Shown: positions 51,397 through 60,578 of the stretch, piece by piece
How the letters are laid out: each line of letters opens with the position of its first letter
Numbering within the stretch: the first letter of the stretch is position 1
Assembly (NCBI GenBank): GCA_022844165.1
Contig: JALHMH010000001.1
Coordinates: forward strand, 1-64,000
Origin: Lysobacterales bacterium
Lineage (GTDB): Bacteria > Pseudomonadota > Gammaproteobacteria > Xanthomonadales > SZUA-5
Reading direction: 5' to 3'
Length of the DNA: 64,000 bases
Notes under the pieces: model-generated
Databases searched by the model: none
What the model was told of the DNA's origin: nothing
The model's input: the letters and a program-made list of their open reading frames with translations, nothing else
Translations under genes and position numbers: made by a program

Positions 51397-52968
51397 ATGA
51401 ACTTCCGTCCATACATGGCGCTGATCCTGTGCTGGCTTTTATTGGGCGCTTTCTTGCGCGTTCAACAGTTGCCCGGCCAGTGGCTTGCCGACGATGAGTG
51501 GCATGCGATTCACGTTTTGCAGGCGACGCAGGGCTACGGCGCGCTCTTGGGTTACGTGGGCGTAGCCGACGTATCGACGCCGTTGGTGCTCTACTTTCGA
51601 CTCTGGGCAGAGGGCGCTGGATTAGATGAGGTGCGAATGCGCCTGCCATCGGTTCTCTCCGGTCTGTTCCTGCTCGTGATGGCCGCGCCTGCCGCCTGGC
51701 GTCGCTATGGCGCGACGACCGCCTGCATCTTCACTGGCCTCCTGGCGCTCAGTCCGATGCTGATCTACTACAGCCGCAGTTCGCGGCCGTATGCGATTGC
51801 GCTGTTGTTGGCCTGGGTCGCGCTGGCGGCGGCCATCCGATGGCGCGCCGCGCCGCACGCGCTGAGCGCCTTGACCTATTTGTCGTGCGCAACCATTGCC
51901 AGCTGGATGCATTCAAGTGTCTTGCCTTTCGTCGGTGCGCCGCTGGTTTGGATCGCCATCGAACAGTGGCGTTCGCGATCGCCTGCCGCTGGCGGAACGC
52001 TGCTGTTGGGTCTGTTGACACTGGTACCTGTTGCCGCCCTGACGCTGTGGCCGATGTGGCGCAACCGCAGCGTGTTGGCGGAGCGAATGGGCGGCGATCT
52101 GCCGACGATCGAAACGCTCGCCGGCGTTGCGCACATGTGGACCAGCGCGGCGTACGTACCCGTGGTCGCAATCTGGCTGGGACTGGCGGCCATCGGCGCA
52201 TGGCAGCTGATTCGTGCACGCGATGAGTGGCTTTTGTTCGGCGCTGTCGGCCTGGCGGCGACGCTGCTCAGCGTGCTGATGTTGCAGCCATCCTGGGTGC
52301 ATTTTCCGCTGACCGCGGCGCGTTACCACCTGGCTGGATTGCCATTGTTGCTGCTCTGCATCGCTTGCGGCGCTACGTGGCTGAGTTCGCGATGGCGGTT
52401 CGCGGGCATGGCTCTGGCCGCGTTGCCGCTACTTGCGCTTGCAGGCGGCAGCACGCTCGAACTGGTCGAACGTCCGAACCAGTTCTCGCAACACAGCTGG
52501 TATCAGTTCGATGTGCGCCCGTCCAGCCTTATACGTCGGGAGCTTGGTCCGATCCCGCAATCGCCGTTCTGGAAATCGCTGGCAGCCTATCCGCCCAAAT
52601 CTCTGACCCTGGTGGTGGCGGGGCACCAATTCGAGAGCTTTACGGTGAACGATGTGCGCTGGCAACGAATCCACAAGCAACGGGTGCTGGCCGGCCAGCG
52701 CAACGGCCTTTGCGGCAATCCGCCATACTTGGGCGAAGGCAATCGATCACGTGGGGTGCAGCTGCGCAACGCGGTCGATCTTGCGGACGACGGGCAATTG
52801 CGCGCTGCGCGCGCCGATTACATCGTGTTCAACCTGACCATCTGGCAGCAATATCAACAGGAGACTCTGGATTTGCAGCGCTGCATCGACAGTATTGAAA
52901 AACGCTACGGCCCGCCCGTATGGCAGGATGCTGACGTGGTCGCCTTCAAGTTGAGCGGCGAGTCATGA
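51397..52968 (+). CDS. GT-C (PMT/ArnT-like) membrane glycosyltransferase
   Basis: N-terminal DDE motif, RLPS, ALSP..IYYS..RPYA, multiple TM helices. Confidence 0.75.
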   Translation: MNFRPYMALILCWLLLGAFLRVQQLPGQWLADDEWHAIHVLQATQGYGALLGYVGVADVSTPLVLYFRLWAEGAGLDEVRMRLPSVLSGLFLLVMAAPAAWRRYGATTACIFTGLLALSPMLIYYSRSSRPYAIALLLAWVALAAAIRWRAAPHALSALTYLSCATIASWMHSSVLPFVGAPLVWIAIEQWRSRSPAAGGTLLLGLLTLVPVAALTLWPMWRNRSVLAERMGGDLPTIETLAGVAHMWTSAAYVPVVAIWLGLAAIGAWQLIRARDEWLLFGAVGLAATLLSVLMLQPSWVHFPLTAARYHLAGLPLLLLCIACGATWLSSRWRFAGMALAALPLLALAGGSTLELVERPNQFSQHSWYQFDVRPSSLIRRELGPIPQSPFWKSLAAYPPKSLTLVVAGHQFESFTVNDVRWQRIHKQRVLAGQRNGLCGNPPYLGEGNRSRGVQLRNAVDLADDGQLRAARADYIVFNLTIWQQYQQETLDLQRCIDSIEKRYGPPVWQDADVVAFKLSGES

Positions 52969-53720
52969 TCCTTGGCCAGAAAGTCGCCGTCGTACTGCCT
53001 GCATATAACGCGGCGCTCACGCTGGAGCGAACGTATCGCGCCCTGCCGCTCGATATCGTCGATCGCGTCATCCTGGTCGACGACGCGAGCCGCGATGACA
53101 CAGCGCGACTCGCCGAGCAGCTGGGATTGCAGACCATTGTGCATCCGCGCAATCGTGGTTACGGCGGCAATCAAAAAACCTGCTACGACGCGGCGCTGAA
53201 GAGTGGTGCCGATATCGTCGTCATGGTACATCCGGACTATCAATACGATCCGCGCCTTGTGCCAGCGATGGTGGGCATGATTGCCTCAGGGGTTTACGAT
53301 GTCGTGCTCGGTTCGCGCATTCTCGGCAAGGGTGCGCTCAGCGGCGGCATGCCGCTTTGGAAGTACATCGCTAATCGAGGCCTGACGCTGATCGAAAATT
53401 TGGCGCTCGGCGCCAAACTCAGCGAATACCACACCGGCTACCGGGCGTATCACCGTCGTGTACTGGAGACGTTGGCGCTGGAGCAAAACTCAGACGATTT
53501 CGTGTTCGACAATGAGTTTCTGGCGCAGGCGATTCTCGGTGGCTTTCGTATGGGCGAAATCTCATGCCCGACACGGTACTTCGAGGAAGCCAGCTCGATT
53601 AATTTTCAGCGCTCTGTGCGCTATGGTTTTGGCGTGCTGCGCGTTTCGCTCGAAGGGTTGCTGCACCGGACCGGGCTGAAAAAGCACCTGCGCTACGAAC
53701 TGCGATCGCCCACCGTCTGA
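52965..53720 (+). CDS. GT2 polyprenol-phosphate glycosyltransferase-like
   Basis: VLPAYN, VDDASRD, NRGYGGNQK, HPDYQYDP. Confidence 0.92.
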   Translation: MILGQKVAVVLPAYNAALTLERTYRALPLDIVDRVILVDDASRDDTARLAEQLGLQTIVHPRNRGYGGNQKTCYDAALKSGADIVVMVHPDYQYDPRLVPAMVGMIASGVYDVVLGSRILGKGALSGGMPLWKYIANRGLTLIENLALGAKLSEYHTGYRAYHRRVLETLALEQNSDDFVFDNEFLAQAILGGFRMGEISCPTRYFEEASSINFQRSVRYGFGVLRVSLEGLLHRTGLKKHLRYELRSPTV

Positions 53721-54637
53721 GTCGAAACCGTACCGGCCGCATCTTTGCGCACCCAGGGCTCGGCAAACACCGCGGCCAGAATCAACGCTACGCCAAGGTA
53801 GAACTGCAAAGACAACTCGCGCTGTTCGGCGAGCAACGGAATGGCCAGCAGAATCGCATACACGGGTTCGAGATTGATCGCCAACTGCGCCTGATATGCG
53901 CTCAGTTGCCGCAGGGCGACCAGCGACAGCGCGAACGGCAGTAGTGTGCAGCCAAACGCCAACAGCAGCATCAACAGCGCATCGCGGCCATCAAGCACCG
54001 GAAACACCGGTCCGAGTGCCGGCCACGCGGCGCCGAGCAGCATCAGCAACACTGCCCCGGCGCCGAGTTCCAGCGCTGTCACCGAGAGTGCCGCGTGGTG
54101 GCCAATATGGCATTTGTTCAAAGCACCAAACAACGCCACCAGGAGTGCTGAGAGCGTGCCCACGGCAATCCCAGCGTACATACTGGGAGCCACGCCACCG
54201 ACCACCAGCGCCACGCCCGGCACAGCAATGACCGCCAGCCATAGCTCGCGCGGCTCAAAACGCTTGCCGGTGATCCACGGTTCGAGAACGGCCAGAAAGA
54301 TCGGTGTCAGCGCGATGCAGGTCACCGCAATCGACGCGTTCGCCAGTTTGATCGAGCCGTAGAACGTGAGCCAATGCAGTGCGACCAGCGCGCCAATTCC
54401 GGCGAAAACCCAGCGCTGTTTGACGGTCATCGCTGCGATTCCGAGCCAGACTCGTCTCATCAGCGCCAGTGCCGCCACCACCAGACACATCCGCCAGATC
54501 ACCAAGCCCAGGGCCGGCAAGGTAATCAGCTTGCCGAGAATGGCGGTAAATCCCCAGAGCACCACGCAGAAGTGTATCTGCAGCAGCGCCAGGCGCCGCG
54601 GGTGGAGTCCGGAAACGACGCGCTCAATCACAGGCAT
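53693..54637 (-). CDS. DMT/EamA transporter
   Basis: LWGFTAILGKLI, HWLTFYGSIK, NLEPVY; start could be TTG at 54673. Confidence 0.9.
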   Translation of the reverse strand: MPVIERVVSGLHPRRLALLQIHFCVVLWGFTAILGKLITLPALGLVIWRMCLVVAALALMRRVWLGIAAMTVKQRWVFAGIGALVALHWLTFYGSIKLANASIAVTCIALTPIFLAVLEPWITGKRFEPRELWLAVIAVPGVALVVGGVAPSMYAGIAVGTLSALLVALFGALNKCHIGHHAALSVTALELGAGAVLLMLLGAAWPALGPVFPVLDGRDALLMLLLAFGCTLLPFALSLVALRQLSAYQAQLAINLEPVYAILLAIPLLAEQRELSLQFYLGVALILAAVFAEPWVRKDAAGTVSTQTVGDRSS

Positions 54638-54669
54638 TCGTCCGAACGTATTGAGAATCGATGCCGGCG

Positions 54670-56499
54670 TCAATCAAGCGCGTATCGCTGCATGTAGTCG
54701 GTTCTCAAAGCGACCGACTGGTCCGCCTTCAACAGTACTGCGTTTTCGATCACCAGCGCATCCAGCTCGCACCCCATGAAACAGCGAAATGCGTCCTCAG
54801 GCGTGCATACGATGGGTTCGCCGCGCACGTTGAAGGAGGTATTCACCAGTATCGGACAACCTGTGAGCTGCTGAAACGCCGTCAACAGAGCGTGGTAGCG
54901 CGGGTGGGTTTGTGCGTCCACCGTCTGGATGCGCGCCGAATAATCGACATGCGTCACTGCGGGCACCGTTGAACGCGGCACATTCAACTTCTCGATGCCG
55001 AACAAACTCAGTTCCTCATCGGTCATCTCTCGCCGATGCTGCGCTTTGACGTCTGCAACCAGGAGCATATACGGGCTGTCGACGTCCATATCGAACCACT
55101 GCGCGACATCCTCTCGGCGCACGCTCGGCGCAAATGGTCGAAAGGACTCCCGATACTTCACTTTGAGATTGAGCTGCTTTTGCATCGTGGGCGAACGTGG
55201 ATCGGCCAGAATGCTGCGCGCCCCCAATGCGCGCGGCCCAAACTCCATCCGGCCGCAGCACCAGCCCACGGCCAGACCTTCGGCCAACCACGCGGCGGTT
55301 TGCGCGATCACAGCATCCTCGTTGAGCACGCGATAAACGGCGCCGGCCTGGTCCAGTGTGTCGGAGATCTCCGTCAGCCGAAACGATGGACCGAGGTAAC
55401 TGCCACGCATCGCATCGCCATTCGCCCGGCGTGGTTGCGAAAGCGCGATGTGATGCGCTGCCAGGGCCGCGCCCAGAGCACCGCCGGCGTCGCCAGCCGC
55501 TGGCTGGATGTAAAGCTCGTCGAAAACCCCGGCGCGCAGCAGCTTGCCATTCGCAACGCAGTTCAGAGCGACGCCGCCAGCCAGACAGAGCCGCCGCATG
55601 CCGGTGCTGCGGCGCGCAAACTGCGCCAGTTTCAATACGGCCTCCTCCGTCACGGACTGGATCGACGCGGCCAGATCCATCTCGCGCTGCGTCAACGGCG
55701 ATTCGGGCGAGCGCGGCGGACCACCGAACAGCGCGTGGAAACGCGCGTTGGTCATCGTCAGGCCAGTGCAGTAGTTGAAGTACTTCAAGTCCAGCGCAAA
55801 GCTGCCGTCGTCGCGCAGATCGATCAAATGACTTTTGATCAAGTCCGCGAATCTGGGTTCGCCGTACGGCGCCAAACCCATGATTTTGTACTCGCCAGAA
55901 TTGACCCTGAATCCGGTGTAGTAGGTGAAAGCCGAATACAGCAAGCCGATCGAATGCGGGAACTGAATTTCGCGCTGGACCTTCAATTGGTGACCGCGGC
56001 CAATCGCCAATGATGTGGTCGTCCATTCGCCGACGCCGTCCATGGTCAACACCGCAGCCGCATCGAAGGGCGACGGGAAAAACGCACTCGCAGCGTGGCT
56101 CAAATGGTGCTCGGAGAACATCAGCTTCTGCGCGTAATCGACATCGTTGCCGAAGACACACAGCGCCTCGCAGATCTGGCGTTTCTGGAACAGTTTGTCC
56201 TTCAGCCAAACCGGCAAGGCGGCAGCGAAACTTCTGAAGCCACGCGGGGCAAACGCCAGATAGGTTTCGAGCAGGCGTTCGAACTTCAAGAACGGTTTGT
56301 CGTAAAACGCGATGCCATCCAGCGTAGCGATATCGACACCGCCCTCGCTCAGGCAGTATCCGATGGCATGCTGCGGAAAGGACGGATCGTGCTTGATGCG
56401 CGTGAAGCGCTCTTCCTGCGCCGCGGCGACGATTTGCCCATCGACCAGCAATGCCGCCGCTGCGTCGTGGTAGTACGCGGAAATGCCGAGTATGCGCAT
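54670..56499 (-). CDS. CmcH/NodU/SxtI-family O-carbamoyltransferase
   Basis: ISAYYHDAAA, EERFTRIKH, HHLSHA, DGVGE, GGVALN, EFGPRALG, NTSFNVRGEP. Confidence 0.95.
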   Translation of the reverse strand: MRILGISAYYHDAAAALLVDGQIVAAAQEERFTRIKHDPSFPQHAIGYCLSEGGVDIATLDGIAFYDKPFLKFERLLETYLAFAPRGFRSFAAALPVWLKDKLFQKRQICEALCVFGNDVDYAQKLMFSEHHLSHAASAFFPSPFDAAAVLTMDGVGEWTTTSLAIGRGHQLKVQREIQFPHSIGLLYSAFTYYTGFRVNSGEYKIMGLAPYGEPRFADLIKSHLIDLRDDGSFALDLKYFNYCTGLTMTNARFHALFGGPPRSPESPLTQREMDLAASIQSVTEEAVLKLAQFARRSTGMRRLCLAGGVALNCVANGKLLRAGVFDELYIQPAAGDAGGALGAALAAHHIALSQPRRANGDAMRGSYLGPSFRLTEISDTLDQAGAVYRVLNEDAVIAQTAAWLAEGLAVGWCCGRMEFGPRALGARSILADPRSPTMQKQLNLKVKYRESFRPFAPSVRREDVAQWFDMDVDSPYMLLVADVKAQHRREMTDEELSLFGIEKLNVPRSTVPAVTHVDYSARIQTVDAQTHPRYHALLTAFQQLTGCPILVNTSFNVRGEPIVCTPEDAFRCFMGCELDALVIENAVLLKADQSVALRTDYMQRYALD

Positions 56500-56648
56500 C
56501 AGAACAAGGTGTAGATGAAGGGCGCCAGCACGGAGCCTTTGGCGATCAGCAAAATGCCGCCGATCAGTACCATCAGGATCACGATCGGCATCAACCAGAG
56601 CTTCTTACGCGCCTTGAAAAATTCGTAGAGTTCTTTGAGGAACGACAT
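56499..56648 (-). CDS. DUF5989/SxtK-like small membrane protein (not in ORF track)
   Basis: MSFLKELYEFFKARKKLWLMPIVILMVLIGGILLIAKGSVLAPFIYTLF. Confidence 0.9.
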   Translation of the reverse strand: MSFLKELYEFFKARKKLWLMPIVILMVLIGGILLIAKGSVLAPFIYTLF

Positions 56649-56653
56649 GGCGG

Positions 56654-57046
56654 TCAATACTGCCGACGAAAGGAATCAGATTCTGGCCCAGGCGGGGTGC
56701 GCTCGATCCAGTAGCTGGACGCACCGCGCTTCAGGCGCAGAGCATCCCGCCCGAAAGCGCGGGTTACCATGGCCACCGGCGTGATGAGCAGGAAGAACAT
56801 GGCGCCGAGCACGATCGGGCTGATGATGCGGCCGAGTAGTAGTCCGAATGCCATCCATGCGCGATTGAACGGTGCGAGACGCGTCGGGCGAAACCAGGCG
56901 AGCAGCGCGGTGGTCGTCGCCAGGGCAATCGCAATCGTCAACAGCAGCGCATGCGATCGCCACGCCGCCCACGCCGCGACCAGGGAAAAAACAACGACAA
57001 ACAAAGCGCCAAAACGGCGGTTGGTTGGCAGTGGCGACGATTGCAT
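56654..57046 (-). CDS. SxtJ-family membrane protein
   Basis: RRFG, PFNRAWMAFG, GRDALRL, SYWIER. Confidence 0.88.
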   Translation of the reverse strand: MQSSPLPTNRRFGALFVVVFSLVAAWAAWRSHALLLTIAIALATTTALLAWFRPTRLAPFNRAWMAFGLLLGRIISPIVLGAMFFLLITPVAMVTRAFGRDALRLKRGASSYWIERTPPGPESDSFRRQY

Positions 57047-57234
57047 CCTGCGGATGGGTGAGCCTTGGGGTTGCGAAGGTTAGCAGCTTGACGAGGCGAT
57101 AAATGGGGCGAGCGTGCGCCAAGCTAAACCGCTGCCAACAGACCTGGCCAGATTCAGATTCAAGTTATCGATGCGGGCCTACGCTGTGCCTCGAACCCGC
57201 GCATGGTGCGCGGCGCACTTGGAGTGCATGAGCT

Positions 57235-57861
57235 ATGGCTCGTATGTGGTTGGGTATGACGCTGCTGGCGCTGACGACGAATGTATTCGCGCAGGATTAC
57301 TACGACGACAACTACTACGCCGAGGAAGATGCCAGGTATCACGATATCGGTGATCGCGGCTACGGGAATGCTGATTATCGAGGCGCCGGCGATGGCTACG
57401 ACTTCGCTCGTGTCGTCGATGCACGACCAGTTTACGAAAACGTACCGGTGGCTGAGCCGCGTCGGCAGTGTTGGAATGAGCCGGTGACCTATGTCAGCGG
57501 TCCGCGCTATCGGCACCGCAGCAATACACCGGAAGTTGTCGGCGGCATCATCGGTGGTTTGGTCGGCAACCAGTTCGGGCGTGGCGATGGCCGCACCGCT
57601 GCTACGCTGGCAGGCGTGGTTCTCGGGGCGTCGATCGGTCGTGATGCCGAGCGCCAGAATCGTTACTACGGCGGTCCGCGCTACGAGCGCACAGTCCACG
57701 AACGTCGTTGCGATGTCGTCGAGCGTTATCGCGAGGAGCGACGGCTCAGCGGCTATGATGTCACCTACGATTACAACGGCACCATCGGCCAGGTGTTCAC
57801 CGATCGCCATCCTGGAACCGAAATTCGCGTTCGGATCAGCGTCGAACCGGCAGACTATTGA
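57235..57861 (+). CDS. Glycine-zipper 2TM secreted protein
   Basis: GGIIGGLVGNQFGRGDGRTAAT, GYDVTYDYNG. Confidence 0.9.
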   Translation: MARMWLGMTLLALTTNVFAQDYYDDNYYAEEDARYHDIGDRGYGNADYRGAGDGYDFARVVDARPVYENVPVAEPRRQCWNEPVTYVSGPRYRHRSNTPEVVGGIIGGLVGNQFGRGDGRTAATLAGVVLGASIGRDAERQNRYYGGPRYERTVHERRCDVVERYREERRLSGYDVTYDYNGTIGQVFTDRHPGTEIRVRISVEPADY

Positions 57862-57867
57862 CTCGTT

Positions 57868-57896
57868 GGCGTCCCTCCGTCTGGCGGAGGGACGCC
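57868..57896. terminator. Strong hairpin between convergent genes
   Basis: GGCGTCCCTCCG-TCTGG-CGGAGGGACGCC. Confidence 0.6.
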
Positions 57897-57934
57897 GGCC
57901 GCACCTGACCGGATCACCATCCGGCAGATTCAAG

Positions 57935-58669
57935 CTACTCAGAAAGCCGTGGCCGGAAACTGTATGGCGGCCACGGACCTGAGCAGCTCAAAAATATCCC
58001 CTCGGCGGCCAGCGTCTCGCGAGCGGCATCGACATCTTGCTGAAACGCATGCTCACGCGCCCTATCGATCAGCAGAGCGATATTCAACAGCGGCTGAGCC
58101 TGCTGACCTGGAACAACCGCCTGGCGACGAACTTCGGTGCGCGCACGCGCCTGCGAGAAAAGCGGCGCCAGCAACTCGTCGATTCTCGTGCGGGCGGCTT
58201 CCTGGCGAATCCGGCGCCGTTCCGGCGCGGACTGCTTAGCTTTCAACCACGCAAGACCGCTCATTCCCGATGCCGGGACTTCAGTGCCTTCTTCGCCGTC
58301 GGCGAGTATCGCCTTGATGCCCCACTCGGCAGCGCCGGCGACGTTTGCGAAGTACCGCTCCAACTCATCATGGTGTGCGCTGGCCGCGCATAGCAACTCG
58401 TCGGCCGCAGGCACGATGAGTCCAAATTGAAGCGGATACGCAGCCACCGTCTGACATATCTCCGTCACTGCGCTGTGCTGTCTGGCCAGTGCCCACGACA
58501 GCCATTTCGCGTCCTGCTGCGTGATATCAGAGTAGCGCTCCACGTCTGTCGCTTCGAGCGCTAAACAAAGAAGCGTCCAAGGTCCTTCAGTTGCCACCAC
58601 TTCCAGGCCCTCAACAGCGGGAAGCTCCGGTGCAGAACCAGTGGCGACCAGCGCAATTGGGTTCAGCAT
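57935..58669 (-). CDS. GvpL/GvpF-family gas vesicle protein
   Basis: H..AV, PLQFG, AEWGIK, LNIALLI, terminal SGPWPPYSF motif. Confidence 0.85.
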   Translation of the reverse strand: MLNPIALVATGSAPELPAVEGLEVVATEGPWTLLCLALEATDVERYSDITQQDAKWLSWALARQHSAVTEICQTVAAYPLQFGLIVPAADELLCAASAHHDELERYFANVAGAAEWGIKAILADGEEGTEVPASGMSGLAWLKAKQSAPERRRIRQEAARTRIDELLAPLFSQARARTEVRRQAVVPGQQAQPLLNIALLIDRAREHAFQQDVDAARETLAAEGIFLSCSGPWPPYSFRPRLSE

Positions 58670-58784
58670 TGTGAATCCTATGACAAGACCAGACCGCGAC
58701 AATACGGCAGCTCAGCGCTGACATCACAACTACTACAACTAAGTGGGTAGTTCCCGGCGACAGATCGCAGGGAATGATAAGGAC

Positions 58785-60578
58785 ATGAAAAGGGCCTTCC
58801 CCACGTTCCAGGTCGATCAATCGCGACGCCGCAAGCGCATGCGGACGGTTCTGCGGGGCGGCCGCTTTAGTTGGAACACTGGACTCTTCCGCGGAGCGAC
58901 GGACTTGAACGAATTGCCAGCCGCGCTACTTGAATCGGACGGCGAGCTGCTTGCGGCAATTCTTGAAGCGCTGCCGACGATGCTGATGGTCTTCGATCGG
59001 ACTGGCAAGCTGCTGCGCGTCAATCGTTCCTTTCAGTCCATTGCGGGCTACTCGCCAGACGCCATCGAACATCTGCACTTTTCCAGTCTGTTCGCCGATT
59101 CCAGTGCGCAGTCGCAATGGCAAACGGCCCTGGCCTGCAAGAACTTGAATGCCATCGAGTGCAATGAATACTTGACCAACCGCGCCGGGCGGCGGGTGCC
59201 GCTGGAACTGGCATTGGTGCGAGTGGGCGAGGCGGCCGATTTACGTATCGTGGTCGGCGCCATTGACTTGCGCAGTCAGCGCACGACCGAACGCCATCTG
59301 ATCCGACAGGCCTACTTTGATGCGTTGACGCGATTGCCCAATCGTACGGGTTTCAAACACCAGCTGGCGTTGCGCATTGCCGGCAGTTTTCAGCGCGACG
59401 AGGACTCTCTCGCTGTTGCCGTAGTCGATGTTGCACGCTTTCGCGTCATCAACGATGCGATCGGTCATGACGGTGGCGATGCATTGTTGCAGAGCCTCGC
59501 CAGCCGACTCCAGTCCAACCTCCAGGATGTGGTGATCGGGCATTTGAGTGCCGGCGAATTTGCTGTGATGTTGACCGATGTGCGCAACGAGCGCGACGCG
59601 CTGCGTGTCGGCCAGCGAATCCTTGGATTGTTTCGGGAGGCATTCCTGGTGCGCGGCCAACGCATCGTGCTCAACGCACGCGTTGGTGTGGCGCTGGCCG
59701 ACGCCAGGTCGGACCCCGCGACCGTGATGCGCGATGCCGATTCTGCACTTTTCGAGGCCAAGGAATCCGCTCAGGGTGTGCGTGTCTTCGACCGGTCGAT
59801 GCGCCTCGCCAGCGAAGCACGCCTGCGTCTGGATATCGAACTCCGCGCAGCCGTCGCGCGCGATGAATTTCGCCTGGTGCTGCAGCCGATCGTCCGTGTG
59901 CAGGACGGCACATTGGTCGGGCACGAAGCCCTGGTTCGCTGGGCACATCCAACTGCCGGCGAGCTGCTTCCCGCGCAATTCATCGCGCATGCTGAGCGCT
60001 CCGGGGTTATCTCCGCCATCGACGCCTGGTCGCTGCGAGCTACTCTGGAGTGGCTGGAAGACACGCGAACGGGTCTGTCCTGTAACGTCAATACGTCGGC
60101 GCTGTCGTTGTTGGATCAGGTGTGGTTAAACGATGCCGTACGCCTTCTCGAAGAACACAGCGAAGCGGCAAAACGACTACGCATCGAGATCACCGAAACC
60201 GCGCTGCTTGGCGATGCCCAGATCACTGCTGCGGCGCTGGAGCGATTGATCGGTGCTGGCGCGCAAATCGTCCTCGACGATTTTGGGACTGGCTACTCCT
60301 CGCTCGTGCATCTGCAGAGTTTTCCGATCTCCGGCATCAAGGTCGATCGTTCGTTTCTTGCGCGCCTGGATTCCGATCGGCGGGACCAGACGATTGTTGC
60401 CGCGCTCATCGGTCTGGCAAGCGAACTGGGTCTGACGGTCACCGCCGAAGGCGTCGAGACTGAAACGCAACGTGCTTGTCTGATCGAGCACGGGTGCGAG
60501 TTTGCGCAGGGATATTTATTCGGTCGACCCGCGCCCGCGGCCGCGACCTTGCAGCACTCTCTTGGAGCAATCAAATGA
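58785..60578 (+). CDS. PAS-GGDEF(degenerate)-EAL c-di-GMP protein
   Basis: PAS (VNRSFQSIAGYS), DALTRLPNR, SAGEF in place of GGDEF, EALVRW, DDFGTGYSS, KVDRSF, EGVE, QGY; RBS AAGGA. Confidence 0.93.
   Translation: MKRAFPTFQVDQSRRRKRMRTVLRGGRFSWNTGLFRGATDLNELPAALLESDGELLAAILEALPTMLMVFDRTGKLLRVNRSFQSIAGYSPDAIEHLHFSSLFADSSAQSQWQTALACKNLNAIECNEYLTNRAGRRVPLELALVRVGEAADLRIVVGAIDLRSQRTTERHLIRQAYFDALTRLPNRTGFKHQLALRIAGSFQRDEDSLAVAVVDVARFRVINDAIGHDGGDALLQSLASRLQSNLQDVVIGHLSAGEFAVMLTDVRNERDALRVGQRILGLFREAFLVRGQRIVLNARVGVALADARSDPATVMRDADSALFEAKESAQGVRVFDRSMRLASEARLRLDIELRAAVARDEFRLVLQPIVRVQDGTLVGHEALVRWAHPTAGELLPAQFIAHAERSGVISAIDAWSLRATLEWLEDTRTGLSCNVNTSALSLLDQVWLNDAVRLLEEHSEAAKRLRIEITETALLGDAQITAAALERLIGAGAQIVLDDFGTGYSSLVHLQSFPISGIKVDRSFLARLDSDRRDQTIVAALIGLASELGLTVTAEGVETETQRACLIEHGCEFAQGYLFGRPAPAAATLQHSLGAIK

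Noticed and set aside
54670-57046. Saxitoxin biosynthesis cluster
   Set aside because: Only SxtI/J/K-like families are present; no sxtA, sxtG or other core genes, and the trio is common in non-producers.
60476-60574. Longer TTG start for the 751-aa ORF in the track
   Set aside because: It overlaps the EAL gene; GGAG RBS plus ATGA coupling supports ATG at 60575.
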